Positions 15,684-34,310 of a stretch of 64,000 bases of DNA are shown here, piece after piece. The notes beneath the pieces are model-generated. The model did no database searches, was not told the origin of the DNA, and saw only the letters and a list, made by a program, of their open reading frames with translations. Origin of the DNA: Eledone cirrhosa (Eukaryota). The position numbers and the translations under genes were made by a program. Each line of letters begins with the position of its first letter. Position 1 is the stretch's first letter. The stretch is taken from NCBI GenBank assembly GCA_964016885.1, contig OZ024741.1, forward strand, positions 355,694,001 through 355,758,000, given 5' to 3'.

Positions 15684-15830
15684 ATATATATATATATGCC
15701 TCTGCCAGCAGAGGTCCGACGAGTTTTTGATTCTTGAGTCGGGCCAGATCGATACAGATCGATCCTTGAGCTGATCAACAGCGAAACGTGCGTCACCAAT
15801 CAATAAACGTAGTGAAGGCTTAACAAATCG

Positions 15831-15906
<76 letters not shown>

Positions 15907-16726
15907 ATTTATATATATATATACACACATACACACATATATGTGTATATAAGTGTGTGCGTGTGATTATACCCTCATAAAAACCGACCATTAAAATAAA
16001 TACCAGACTTGGAAAAAGTAAGTGCTGGCGTTGATATGATTCACTAAATAAATGCAGTACCTCAGCATGACCGCAGTCTATGACCGAAACACCTACGCTC
16101 TAAAGATCTCTCTAAAGAAGCCTCGTTGCCGGTGTCCGATACCTCCTTCAGGAAAAGTCCTGAACTCCGATCGACCCAGTGAAAGGGAATGAAATGCTCT
16201 ATTTTACTCCACTCACCTTCCGTCTTTCCAACACTGGTGCCGATTGAGGCGTCCTGATGACAACACCTTTAGTAAAGGCCAATACTTCGACCTTCCGGTA
16301 GACGCCTATTCCATGTGTGTTCGAGCACGCTACACTCCTCTCGTTCATGCCCACCGCGCCCGCAGTCTTTCATCTATGATGCCAGCACAAAGCGACCGAG
16401 TAACCACTACACTTGTAAGGGGATGTGTCGGCCACTGTCAGAGTAATTGCCTCTGACGACACCGACCTCTACCCTACCGAGGAGGTCTTAGTTGTTCTTT
16501 GTCTCAAATATACTGAGCCACCCGCATACCTCCACCTGATCTTCATTCACTATGCGTGGCTACAGAGCAAGGCATCACCTCTACCGTTGTTATTCGATTT
16601 ATCGTTTTTGTTTTTAATTTGTTCTTTTTTTTGTATATTTTTAATTTGTCATTGTTTTTTTTTGTTTTTTTTTAATTTGTTTTATGAGTTGTACTTTAAA
16701 AAAAATTTTTTTTTAGTAATTTTATC

Positions 16727-16861
16727 TTTGAGAGTGTCAACCTCTTCAACTTTGACACGGCGATGGACCGACGCTGCTGTGTTTCGCCTTCTTTTGAGAG
16801 TGTCAACCTCTTCAGCTTTGACACGGCGATGGACCGACGCTGCTGTGTTTCGCCTTCTTTT
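16727..16861. repeat. 66-bp tandem duplication spanning the SLC22 stop codon
   Basis: agagtgtcaacctcttca...cgccttctttt starts at 16731 and again at 16797, with one mismatch. Confidence 0.9.
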
Positions 16862-17003
16862 CACGCTGCATACGATCGAGTTCTTGAATTGTCTGAGGCA
16901 AGGTTTTATTTTTGGTCTCTGGTAAGAAGATAGAGAGTAGAACTGCCGCCACGGTACAGCCGGCACCAAGGACCAGGGTTGGCAGCCAAGGATATTTCAA
17001 TGC
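16812..17003 (-). CDS. SLC22-like transporter last coding exon (TM12, LPETK motif)
   Basis: Acceptor ttttgcag. Translates ALKYPWLPTLVLGAG...FLPETKNKTLPQTIQE...PCQS*, with the LPETK-x-x-x-LP-x-T SLC22 signature. Confidence 0.92.
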   Translation of the reverse strand, partial: ALKYPWLPTLVLGAGCTVAAVLLSIFLPETKNKTLPQTIQELDRMQREKKAKHSSVGPSPCQS

Positions 17004-17049
17004 CTGCAAAATGACAACAACAACAACATACAATATAGAAGGTGGTGGA

Positions 17050-17980
17050 TCATTATCATCATCACCATCATCGCCATCATCATTAGCAGCAACAGCATCA
17101 TCATCATCATCATGATAATTTTCATCATCACCATCACTACATTCATCGTCATCATCAGCAGCATCACCATCACCATCATCATCATAATCATCATCATCAC
17201 CAAAACTCTCATGATCATCATCATCTCTGATAGTGGCCGCGGTGGTGGGGTGAGGCTAGTCATGGAGGTGGTGATGGTGGTGGTGGTGGTGGTGGTGGTG
17301 GTGGTGGCGGTGGCGGTAGTGGTGGTGGTGGTGGTGGTGGTAGTGGCGGTAGTGGTAGTGGTGGTGGTGGTAGCGGTGGTGGTGGTGGTAGTGGTGGTGG
17401 TGGTGGTGGTAGTGGTGGTGGTGGTAGTGGTGGTGGTGGTAGTGGTGGTGGTGGTGGTGGTGGTGGTGGTGGTGTTAGTGGTGGTGGTGGTGGTGGTGGT
17501 GGTGGTGGTGGTGGTTGTAGTGGTGGTGGTGGTGTTAGTGGTGGTGGTAGTGTGGTAGTGGTGGTGGTGGTAGTGGTGGTGGTGGTAGTGGTGGTGGTGG
17601 TGGTGGTAGTGGTGGTGGTGGTGGTGGTAGTGGTGGTGGTGGTAGTGGTGGTGGTGGTAGTGGTGGTGGTGTTAGTGGTGGTGGTGGTGGTGGTAGTGGT
17701 GGTGGTGGTAGTGGTGGTGGTGTTAGTGGTGGTGGTGGTGGTGGTGGTTGTAGTGGTGGTGGTGGTAGTGGTGGTGGTGTTAGTGGTGGTGGTAGTGGTG
17801 GTGATGGTGGTAGTGGTGGTGGTAGTGGTGGTGGTGGTAGTGTGGTAGTGGTGGTGGTGGTAGTGGTGGTGGTGGTAGTGGTGGTGATGGTGGTAGTAGT
17901 GGTGGTGGTGGTGGTGTTAGTGGTGGTGGTGGTGGTGTTAGTGGTGGTGGTGTTAGTGGTGGTGTTAGTAATGGTGGTTG
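17050..17980. repeat. (CAT)n followed by ~720-bp (GTG/GTA)n trinucleotide tract
   Basis: Directly visible; lies in the last SLC22 intron. Confidence 0.95.
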
Positions 17981-18954
17981 TTTACTTTAGAGATGTCTTT
18001 TCGCCAGACCACTCTACCGCACACACTCATAGCTTATGTATAAAATAATTTTATTCAGCAAATTTTCATTAAATTACGTAATGTTTGCAATGAAAAATAA
18101 ACACAAAAATTAAATAACGAAAATAAGGGGAAAGGGGAGGGAATGGCAGACACTACACTCCAATTTAGGGGGTTGATCTCAGCTGTACCACGCAGAGTAA
18201 ATAGCGAAGGCATTTCCACGGTGAACAGATAGCGAAACCCGCTACACTAACCACTCAAATTCCCGAGGATCTTTCCTCAAGCAAGATGTACCCTTCCCAA
18301 TTTTTCGGAGGAAAATGTCAGTTTGAGTGCCGAGGATTCCAGAGTTCCCGACGGCGACTGAAAAATTCAAATGCTATCCCTGGATTTTTTTGTAAAAACA
18401 CTGACTTTTTTCCCCCTTACAGGGCTCACTAATATTACGACCTATGATTTTGAACAATATGGGTAGGTCTATCATAATGGAACATTTCAATACTGGATAC
18501 GTTTTCAAAAGCATTTTTTTAGCAAACAAGTATCAGTAATTATCTACATTATCCAGCTAAATTTATTCAACTGTATAATACACTTTCCCTAGCTTTCATG
18601 TTTTTTTTTTGTATATAGCCATCCAGAGAAGGTACGGTACAGGCCTACCAATCATGTTACAATCTTAAAAAAAGGTATGAATACTAACCCTTTCAAACAA
18701 ATATTTTTGGTATGTCCCTTTGATTTTGTTTTGTAGAGCTTTGATCATTGCTCTTGCTTTGATCGATCGATAAGATCCCAAACCTCATTCGTTTGCCTAG
18801 TGGGGTGGACCTCGTCAAATCGGACCAAGGAAACTTTTTTGTTTCCGTTGGTCTTTACAATGCTGATACTATCTATATGCAAACTGAAATACTCGGGTAA
18901 ATAAGTAAATGTTGGAGTCGGGGAATAACAATGATATTAGTACACACAAACTGA

Positions 18955-18993
<39 letters not shown>

Positions 18994-18994
<1 letters not shown>

Positions 18995-19362
18995 TTTTCT
19001 TTATTAACCACAAGGGTTCACATAAAGTAGACATTAAGGACAGTACAGGACAATACAGGACGGTACAAATGGGCATTTCTGCGTGTAAAAAAACAGAGGT
19101 TGAAATAAAATAACAAAGAAAAATTCCCCAATAGGGGGGAGACTTCCAAGGGACATTTGTGGAGAAAGCCCATTAAAAGACCACAGTGGCCCTGACCACC
19201 AGGGCAAGTGCCCTCTCCCAGTTTTCCACCTTTAATTTACAGACACATACTCAGAGAAGGCCCATTCATTCGGGCCATACTTGCTTCTCTCACCCATCTT
19301 TCAGCATTTTGTTGAAAGATGGGTGAGAGAAGCAAGTATGGCCCGAATGAATGGGCCTTCTC
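18994..19362 (-). mobile_element. 3' end of a related Tx1-like LINE with terminal inversion, within (AAT)n
   Basis: FVERWVREASMARMNGPSL matches the 24770 C-terminus FYERWVKGARMARVNGPSL. Hairpin at 19251-19365. (AAT)n on both sides. Confidence 0.8.
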
Positions 19363-19411
19363 TGAATAATAATAATGATAATAATAATAATAATAATAAT
19401 AAAGAATTTAC

Positions 19412-19484
19412 CAGAAGTCTCAGGAACGGAACTCCCATGACAACCATTCGGGATACAGATGAAGACAGACCCAATCCAACACTC
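19412..19484 (-). CDS. SLC22-like transporter exon (TM11)
   Basis: Acceptor ccctacag, donor gtaaat. Translates SVGLGLSSSVSRMVVMGVPFLRLL, matching the R-x-x-G-x-G...R-x-x-x-x-x-P pattern. 73 nt, phase 2 to 0. Confidence 0.88.
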
Positions 19485-19936
19485 CTGTAGGGATAATATA
19501 ATAAATTACTGAGACAGTGTTAAGGCGTGTGGCTTCGTGGTTAGGGTGTTGGACTCACGATCGTAACGCCGTGTGTTCAATTTCCGACGGAGGTCCAACA
19601 ATACGAAATAGAAGACAACTAGTTGACCCCATTACACACACTAGTTCTTTATTCTTTCATAGAATCGTTTTCATGAAATAACATATGCAAAGGAAAACTG
19701 TGCCCCGAGTGAAAAAGTTATTATATTTATTATTTATTCATTTAGTTACCTATACTATATTATTTCTTAGAATTTTTTCAAAAAGGAACATAGAATTTTG
19801 GATAAAAATAGTACCGTGAAGACGGTGCCCCAGTATGGCCGCAATCTAAAGACAGAAACCAGTAAAAGAATAAAAGAATTACAAAATCCATAACACATAA
19901 TATCGAATTGATATTTTGTTTATATAAAGAAATATA

Positions 19937-20033
<97 letters not shown>

Positions 20034-20245
20034 TCTTTAATTACTCTATTCTCTTACTGGTTTCATTCATTCGACTCCAGCCATGCCGAGGAAAAGCGTT
20101 AAGGGGATTTTGTTTGTCGACCATGTCGACCGTAATAATTGTTTTTCAAATCTGATATTTATTCATTTTTATCGAATTGCTAAATCATGGGACAAACATA
20201 AACAGATATGTGGACACACACATACACACACATACGCACGCACGC

Positions 20246-20317
<72 letters not shown>

Positions 20318-20585
20318 TTGTTGTGAAAGAGTCATTTCTCAATCTTGGCGCAAAACCAATTTTTTATCCACATGACCTCTACCGACCAATCAAAATTGTT
20401 TTGACCAAGAATTTTTGCTGGAGCCACTTTTTTAACATAAAAACAGTCTTGGCGCAAAATCAACTTTTTACATTCACATGACCTCTACCGACCAATCAAA
20501 ATTGTTTTGACCACAAGCATTTTTGCAACACAAAAATAACGCTGGAGCCACTTTTTTAACATAAAAACAGGTAGAATTCCCAAAA

Positions 20586-20825
20586 CTAATCAGATCAGAG
20601 CAAACAGCACGGACACTCTATCTCAAAATTATTTTTGAAAAGCATTTAGAAATGCGCAACCGGTAAAAACTTAAAAACTTAAAACCACAACTGAATACTA
20701 ACCCATACAATCACTAATACTCTTTTATTCCTAATTAAACCATTTTTCAACTGTGAACAATTTGTCAGCATTTTCTATTCCGTTTACCAATATATAATAA
20801 CTTGTGTGTTACACCTCTATTCTTT

Positions 20826-20829
<4 letters not shown>
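20586..20829 (+). repeat. Dispersed repeat ending at (TA)n; copies at 11292-11469 (-) and 39401-39625 (+)
   Basis: Shared ctctatctcaaaattatttttgaaaagcattagaaatgcgcaaccggtaaaa...tttgtcagcattttctattccgtttac. Probably another PLE 3' end (inference). Confidence 0.7.
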
Positions 20830-20886
<57 letters not shown>

Positions 20887-20889
<3 letters not shown>

Positions 20890-21526
20890 AAAATTCTATT
20901 TAAATTGTTGGGATACAACAAGCAAATATTTTTATAACTGATATAAAACACTCAACAAGTATTTGGAGTAAACATACGATATTAACAAATGGAAACTATA
21001 TTTACAAAACCATATCTATTTTATTATACATATTTCAAGGACACCATGTTAAATTATGGTATGCTTTCATCAGACAAAATACAATATATATCGGTTTTAT
21101 AAATAAATATTAACAAACCCTTACAAAATGCAACCATTACTGTTGGAAGCTCCCGGATAGACTATCCATGACTGCTGCTATGGTAGCAGGCAGGCCGCTG
21201 TCTTATTAGCAAACCACTTTCCACTGATTGACCTCGATGTCACGTGATTGATTCTTTTTGAATTTGCCACCGACGCAGAGGCAGTGATTTTCTCAATGGC
21301 TAGGAATTCAGTCCACGCTTTGCTATTTTCTATCCACTGAATTATTTTTTAATAAGTTTCCAGAGTCCACGCTTTGCCTGGATACTTAGATGAGAATAGT
21401 CTTCACTGACAACGGAATGATTCTCTATGTTTTCTTCGGAAAATATATTTATTCCATTCCAGAAACTAATTAGTTGGAAGTGATATTTTAGTAAGTAAGT
21501 TAATTTTATAATTTTCTTATTTTACG

Positions 21527-21532
<6 letters not shown>
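20887..21532 (-). mobile_element. PLE 3' end related to element C, with hammerhead
   Basis: 20887-21100 aligns with 57334-57548. CUGAUGA...GAAA core at 21017-21081. Between TA tracts. Confidence 0.75.
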
Positions 21533-21619
<87 letters not shown>

Positions 21620-21825
21620 TATTATTATTATTAGAAAGTGAGGTTTTTTTACAAAATGGAAAAAAAACGAGGTGTCCTACACGAGTGAAAGTATAAGGAA
21701 AAAAGATGAAATCGAAAATGCAACTGGAGTCTTTTTTTAAAAAATATATTTATTTGGTTCATTTACCAGTTTCGCAGTTCTTGTGCTTTTCAAAAGTAGA
21801 ATTGAGATGGAGGGTTTGTCCCCCC

Positions 21826-27560
<5,735 letters not shown>

Positions 27561-27567
27561 ATGTATA

Positions 27568-27624
<57 letters not shown>

Positions 27625-27651
27625 ATATATATATGTATGTATATATATATG

Positions 27652-27719
<68 letters not shown>

Positions 27720-28078
27720 AATATATATACTGCGGTAAGAATTTTTTCTTATATCAAAGTTTAATGGGCTTCCACTGATGATTTATAAGCGCCCACCTAA
27801 ATATATTCTTACATGAATATATGTTAGGCTTCTACATAAACTGGAAACAATCTCCTAATTTGTAGAAAACTTATAATGAAACAATTGTTTGGAAAGAGAG
27901 ATATGTTTTAACTTTAATTATATCTAATAAAATAATACAACTGGTTTTCCACAAAATACATATAGTTAGCACCCCAAACACTTAAATTGGGTTTATACTA
28001 ACATATAACCTAATGTTTGTTGAGTGAGATGGTTACCAGTCAGAGTTTAGCTTTAAGCTATCTCTGTTATTATGTTAA

Positions 28079-28132
<54 letters not shown>

Positions 28133-28140
<8 letters not shown>

Positions 28141-29402
28141 GTGAGGTTTTTTTTACAAAATGAAAAATAACCGAGGTGTCCTACACGAGTGAAAGTATAA
28201 AGAAAAAGAGATGAAATCGAAAATGCAACTGGAGTCTTATTTTTTTTAAAATATATATATTTATTTGGTTCCTTTACCGGTTTCGCAGTTCTTCTGCTTT
28301 TCAAAAGGTGAGTTGAGATGGAGGGTCTGTGGTTTTTCTCACATCTGGTTGGTCTCTGAATGTTACTTGTTTTATATGGAAAAAGTGGCTCGAAATGCCA
28401 CGTTTTTCGAGAAGTAATTTGATTGGTTTGTCAATAATTATAATAAATTTCGCGCCAATTCGCGTTACAATAGTTCTTCAAATAAGAGGGGGGAGTGGGG
28501 GGGGGGGGGGGGGGGTTGTCACAGGTTTTTTTTCATATATGTGTGTTTGAATTTCTTTTTACTTGAAAAAAGGAGGCTCACGAAGGCTTTTTTTGGGTTG
28601 GTTATAAATGAAATTATGGCTGTCACGTGAACAAATTTTCATTAAATTTTTGTGCCCTTATTTGGAAATCCATTCTCTAGCCTTTTTAGAGAATTTTTTG
28701 ATAAAAAGATAATGGTCAAGAGAAAGGGATGGGAGAATTGTTCTGGTTCAGTGAATATGGTTAGTTCGCTGGGGTGTCAGAATTCAGATTTTCTATTGAA
28801 TAAAGAAAGTAAAGATATGTGTGTTTATTTGTGTGCTTGTGTGTGTGTGTGCTTGTGTGTGTGTGTGTGTTTGAATTTCTTTACTTTAGAAAAAGGTGGC
28901 TCACGAAGGCTTTTTTTTAATAAACGTGATTTGATTGGTTATAAATGAAATTTGGCTGTCACGTGAACAAGTTTTCATTACATTTTTGCGCCCTTATTTG
29001 GTAAACTATTCTGTAGTCTTTATAGCGAATGTTATGACAATGGACAGATAGTGGTCAAGAGAAAAGGGATTGTTCTGGTTCAGTGAATATGGTTAGTTCG
29101 CTGGGGTGTCCCCCCTTCTTATTTGAAGAACTATTGTAACGCGAACTGGCGCGAAATTTATTATAATTATTGACAAACCAATCAAATTACTTCTCGAAAA
29201 ACGTGGCATTTCGAGCCACTTTTTCCATATAAAACAAGTAACATTCAGAGACCAACCAGATGTGAGAAAAACCACAGACCCTCCATCTCAACTCACCTTT
29301 TGAAAAGCAGAAGAACTGCGAAACCGGTAAAGGAACCAAATAAATATATATATTTAAAAAAAAAATAAGACTCCAGTTGCATTTTCGATTTCATCTCTTT
29401 TT

Positions 29403-29406
<4 letters not shown>
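28133..29406. repeat. TA-flanked fold-back repeat with internal tandem duplication; shorter copy at 21630-21818
   Basis: 28196-28487 is inverted relative to 29116-29408. ~28540-28778 is duplicated at ~28862-29110. Confidence 0.75.
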
Positions 29407-29467
<61 letters not shown>

Positions 29468-29813
29468 AACACACATATATATATAGTAAACGAGGTATCG
29501 TATAAGGTAATCCAAATAGAGGTTACGAGTAATCTGTACAGTGGATGATTCTAACATGCGGCGTTGTTTGATTCAACAAGATGTTTACTTAGTTGTGGTG
29601 TTTGGGTGGCTCATTCCAGACAGTTCCTAGGTAAGCAGTTTCTGGAGTATTTTTTATAATTTGGCTGGTGATAAAGTACTTCAAATCGGATGTCAAAGCA
29701 ACACTTCAGATAGCGATTTTTAGACACACCGAGCTAATGAAACATATGTTAATATCTGGAATAAACTCTAATGTATAGCTTATCCGTGTTATTCTTCACT
29801 CCTTCATTATATA

Positions 29814-29902
<89 letters not shown>

Positions 29903-29918
29903 GTATATATATGTATGT

Positions 29919-29958
<40 letters not shown>

Positions 29959-30223
29959 GGCAAGTAAGTATGTTTTGAAACAGTGAGCAGGTTTGAAATT
30001 AGAAAATAGAATAGCTTTCACCGTATTTTTGACTAAAGGAATTTTAGCCTGATAATGGGGTTTAGAACCCTCAGATAAATGGAAAAAGATGAGTATTGAT
30101 GTACATGTACGTCAATACTCATCTTTTTCCATTTATCTGAGGGTTCTAAACCCCATTATCAGGCTAAAATTCCTTTAGTCAAAATTACGGTGAAAGGTAT
30201 TATATATATATATATATACATAC

Positions 30224-30279
<56 letters not shown>

Positions 30280-30468
30280 AGAATAAGATGGCTGTGTAGT
30301 TGCTAGTTAAGTTAGGCTTAACATGGAATGAGAATAAGAAGAAAGCAAGAACGGGGGGGGGGGGTAGTGAGTTTTCCTCATCAGTTGTCTATTGGGGGTC
30401 TCGGATATTTCCACGCTTTAAAGACAATATATCTACCCCCAGAGCGTTCAACAACTGGGTAAGTTATT

Positions 30469-30712
30469 GGGAAAACGGAAGAGGGAGAGAAAGAAAATAG
30501 AAGGGAAAACGGAAGAGGGAGAGAAAGAAAATAGAAGGGAAAACGGAAGAGGGAGAGAAAGAAAATAGTAGGGAAAACGGAAGAGGGAGAGAAAGAAAAT
30601 AGAAGGGAAAACGGAAGAGGGAGAGAAAGAAAATAGAAGGGAAAACGGAAGAGGGAGAGAAAGAAAATAGAAGGTAAAACGGAAGAGGGAGAGAAAGAAA
30701 ATAGAAGGGAAA
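30469..30712. repeat. 34-bp purine-rich minisatellite, ~7 copies
   Basis: Unit gggaaaacggaagagggagagaaagaaaatagaa. Confidence 0.9.
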
Positions 30713-31536
30713 AGGGGAAAAGGGGAAAAAAGAGAAAACAGCGAAAAAAACCCAACAAACCGAGGAATGTGTAAGAAACTTAAGATAAGAAAATCCAAGA
30801 CCACAGCGGTGACAGAACTTAAGTTTGAGAGCGTGTGCGCGAACGAAAAGACACGACTGACCCCTGTGAGTGTTAGTGAGAAAAGGACTGCTAGAAGGTT
30901 AGGCGAGGGAAACAATGAGGTGGATGGCAGAGAGAGGGTGAGTGAAAGGGAGAGGAAGAAAGAGGAGGAAGAGTAGATAGTAATGAAATAGTAAGGTAGA
31001 GGGAGAGAAAAGAATGGTCACAGCGAAACATGATAAAATATATGGAGAATAAGATGACTGTGTAGTTGCTAGTGTAAGTTTAGCAAGTGACATTAAGTGA
31101 CATTATTGAAAAAATGAGAGGGACAATTCTTTTAAAAAAGAGTTTTATAATGTATATAAAGTATAACCGGTTTCGATGTATTAGTAAAATTGCTTTTATC
31201 AAATGTTGAGTAGTAAAATTAAAAAGAATTAATAAGAATTAAAAACTAAAAATTAAAGATTTCAAATGAAGTGTTGATATAAGTTTTTTTCATCTTCCTT
31301 GTTGAGAAGGAGACTGGAAAATGAATTCTTGTGTATAGAGAGAGAGAGCTGTGTAGTCATGATAGTAGCAGCAGCAGTGTTGGTAGTTGTGTTTTTTCAC
31401 ATAGAACAAAATTGTTTTTAGGGACAAAGAAAATATTCTGTAAATATGTGTGTGTATCTCAATTGTGTTAATGGACTGGTTAAGAGTTCAGATGGGGTGG
31501 CGAAGAAGTGACTTGTAAGCTAGAGACAAATTCTAT

Positions 31537-31592
<56 letters not shown>

Positions 31593-32289
31593 CGTGTGTG
31601 TGTGCAACAAGAGCGAATATTTGAGGGCTTTCTACCAGATTGATTGATTAAATAATGTTAGAGTCTATATATTATTAGTTAGAAGTAATTTAATTGAGAA
31701 ATTACAATGACAATGGCTGGTTTTCAAAATCAATGTAAAAAAGTTTTAGATATTCACATACTGTTTATAGCAAAGTAACAACTGGTTGGAAAGGGAAAGA
31801 GAGACGGCTTTTATTTTTTATGTATGAAATAGGGAGAGAGAAGGAAACAAACAAAGAGTGAGAGAGACTGGCTGAAAAGAGAGAGAGAGAGACGGTATAT
31901 TTGAAGTTTATCTTTGCATATATAAATTTCAAAATGCTAGATTCGAATGTGTGTATGTGTGTACGTACATACATTTATATGTGTATCTATGTACATATCC
32001 TGCTCTATCTTTCGCTACTCTGACATCACCCCTCCCTCCCCATCACTATATTATATATATTGGGTCGTCAACTATGAAATTTGCAGAAAAAAAACAAATT
32101 TCTACAAGTTTCATAGTTGACGACCCAATATATATCATATAGTGATGGGGAGGGAGGGGTGATATCAGAGTAGCGAAAGATAGAGCAGGATATGTACATA
32201 GATACACATATAAATGTATGTACGTACACACATACACACGCACATTCGAATCTAGCATTTTGAGATTTATATATGGTCAATGTTCTTAC

Positions 32290-32410
32290 CTCATTGAAGT
32301 CGGATATAGTTCTGGTGTATAGATATAATTGCCTCCATATCCAGCACCTATACCAAACATGGCTGCCAGATTAAACGCTAGAAATATAGTATCGTTTGTC
32401 TTGCTTTCTT
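32290..32410 (-). CDS. SLC22-like transporter exon (TM10, ELYPT motif)
   Basis: Acceptor atttcag, donor gtaaga. Translates ESKTNDTIFLAFNLAAMFGIGAGYGGNYIYTPELYPTSMR, with the SLC22 signature ELYPT. 121 nt, phase 1 to 2. Confidence 0.92.
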
Positions 32411-32789
32411 CTGAAATTGAAAAAACGTAAAAATAATTTTAAAAACAAACAAACACTATATATATATATATTCGATCGACTTTCGTCAAATCGGACCGAG
32501 GAAACAATGTTTCCATTTGTCTTTCCAATTGCTAATACTATCTATCGGTCGCAACAAGAAAATCAAAAACGAAAAACAAACAAACAAACAAACAAACAAA
32601 CAAACTCCATTTTTGCTGGTTTCCATCTATCCTGTGGATCATACGACCTGACGAACTAGCCAAATGTTCATCACTTTGTTCTCAGAATATTTGTTCTTGA
32701 TTTTCAGATGGAATTAATAGGTATACTAAATGATATGCTCAAGAGACATAACATAGATCTTATCTCGATTTTCTGCAATGGTGTTCAAG

Positions 32790-33410
32790 GGGTATATATT
32801 GTTGGGCAAGCTTACTCGGCGGGTGTACGATTAATCGGCTGATATTTGCAGACGATATTGTGCTCCTTAACTCGCCGGAAGTTGATCTCCGGCATGCACT
32901 GGATAGGTTTACTGCCGAGTAATGTAAAGCAAGAATGAAAATCAGTGCTGCTAAGACTAAGACATTTATCTTCTTGAGAAAGCCTGCGCAGTGCGCTTTA
33001 CATGCAAGTGTTGTTGCACTGAAACAGGTAGAGAAGTTCAAGTATCTCGGGGCCACTTTAACGGACGGTGGGATACAGGAGGTTTAATTAAATAAAAAAA
33101 TTGCTGGTGCAGGTGTAATAATTGTTTCTACTTTTGACACAAGACCAGCAATTATCCCAGTGTATTACTGGTACTTTATTTTATCGACCCCGTAAGTTAA
33201 CCTCAGCGGGATTTGAACTCAGAACGTAAAGAGCCATAACTCTATGCTGCAAAGTATGGTATCTGACGCTCTACCGATACTGACAATCCACCGGTGCAGG
33301 TGTAATAATTTGCCAGCTTCAGCATTCGGTCATTGGAAGAAGGGAAGTAGGTGTAAAAGCCAAATTCTTTAATTGGGTATTCGTATCTATCCTTACCTAC
33401 GGTCATGAAT
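32790..33410 (+). mobile_element. Degenerate RTE-like LINE RT fragment interrupted by a SINE
   Basis: LIFADDIVLL...MKISAAKTK...QVEKFKYLG. The SINE at ~33123-33292 is flanked by an 18-nt duplication, ggtgcaggtgtaataatt. Confidence 0.75.
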
Positions 33411-33477
33411 CTTTGGGAGAAGAAGAAGAAGAAGAAGAAGAAGAAGAAGAAGAAGAAGAAGAAGAAGAAGAAGAAGG

Positions 33478-33520
<43 letters not shown>

Positions 33521-33604
33521 GGAGGAGGAGGAGGAGGAGGAGGAGAAGAAGAAGGAGAAGAAGAAACTGCGTTAAGAACAAGTCTCACAAGCATCCTTAC
33601 TTAC

Positions 33605-33690
33605 TGCCAAACAACTTGAGGAATCCCGCAACAAGAAGACAAAGGCCACCAAACATTTTTGTAACAAATAATGAAACTTTGTGTCCAAAT
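33605..33690 (-). CDS. SLC22-like transporter exon (TM9)
   Basis: Acceptor tttttacag, donor gtaagt. Translates RFGHKVSLFVTKMFGGLCLLVAGFLKLFG, an MFS motif-A-like RFGxK. 86 nt, phase 2 to 1, bridging the adjacent exons exactly. Not in the ORF track. Confidence 0.85.
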
Positions 33691-33779
33691 CTGTAAAAAG
33701 AAAAAGCGGGGATCCTCAACACACTGTTCTATTTAAATGTACGTATTTTGTCTTCGCCATTTAATTTTACGCAAGATTC

Positions 33780-34310
33780 TGTGATGAGCGTGTTGAGATC
33801 ATTAACCAACTGGTTTCAGGTTACAAAGTGTTAGTTCTCAGGAATATAAAACGAGGCATGATAGAGTGAGGCAATACTTACACCAGGTAGTGTGCAGGCT
33901 TTATGGCCTGAAAACGGAGAGAAAATGGTACACCCATTACCCAGATGCAGAAGCAGGAGGCGAGAACGTGACAATCCTATCGGATTTCCCTGTGAATACT
34001 GACAGAACAATCAAAGCCCAGATACCTGATATAATTGTGAAGGGCCATAACAAGAAAACATGTTTTTTTAATTGACATGAGTATTCCATCAGATCGTAAC
34101 TTCTCCTCGAAAGAGTTTGGAAAGCTCAGCAAATATAAAGATATATCAATTGAAATTGAGAAAATATGGCATCTTTAATACCAGTGGTAGTCGGTGCACT
34201 TGGAATGATAAAAAAGGGAACTGAAAAATATTTGGACCGGATACCCGGAAAGCCATCTCTGAAAGAGATACAGAAAATAGCGCTGACTGGCACTGAGAAG
34301 GGCATTATCT
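33780..34310 (+). mobile_element. R4/Dong-type LINE C-terminal restriction-like endonuclease fragment
   Basis: RHDRV..LH, PDII, LIDMSIP, KLSKYKD, PVVVGALG, IQKIALTGT. A similar 3' end occurs at ~8280-8510 (QKIALLGTAYIL). Confidence 0.8.

Noticed and set aside
16090-16590. GC-richer segment that may be a decayed LINE endonuclease region
   Set aside because: No clear motif recoverable by eye; needs BLASTX.
17112-18048. Poly-Val ORFs (mucin-like poly-Thr on the other strand)
   Set aside because: (GTG)n tract inside the last SLC22 intron; no complex coding sequence.
21706-21900. N-terminus of the 711-aa ORF
   Set aside because: Read-through from an unrelated repeat and microsatellite into the truncated LINE. 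The same applies to the starts of ORFs 24963 and 58990.
29118-29170. Possible hammerhead (UUGAAGA...GAAA) in the 28.1-29.4 kb fold-back; also decayed motifs near 870-880, 29735-29750 and 38737-38770
   Set aside because: Core incomplete or mutated, and stems could not be closed convincingly by eye.
30469-30712. CRISPR-like array
   Set aside because: Contiguous 34-bp tandem units without unique spacers; eukaryotic context and no cas genes.
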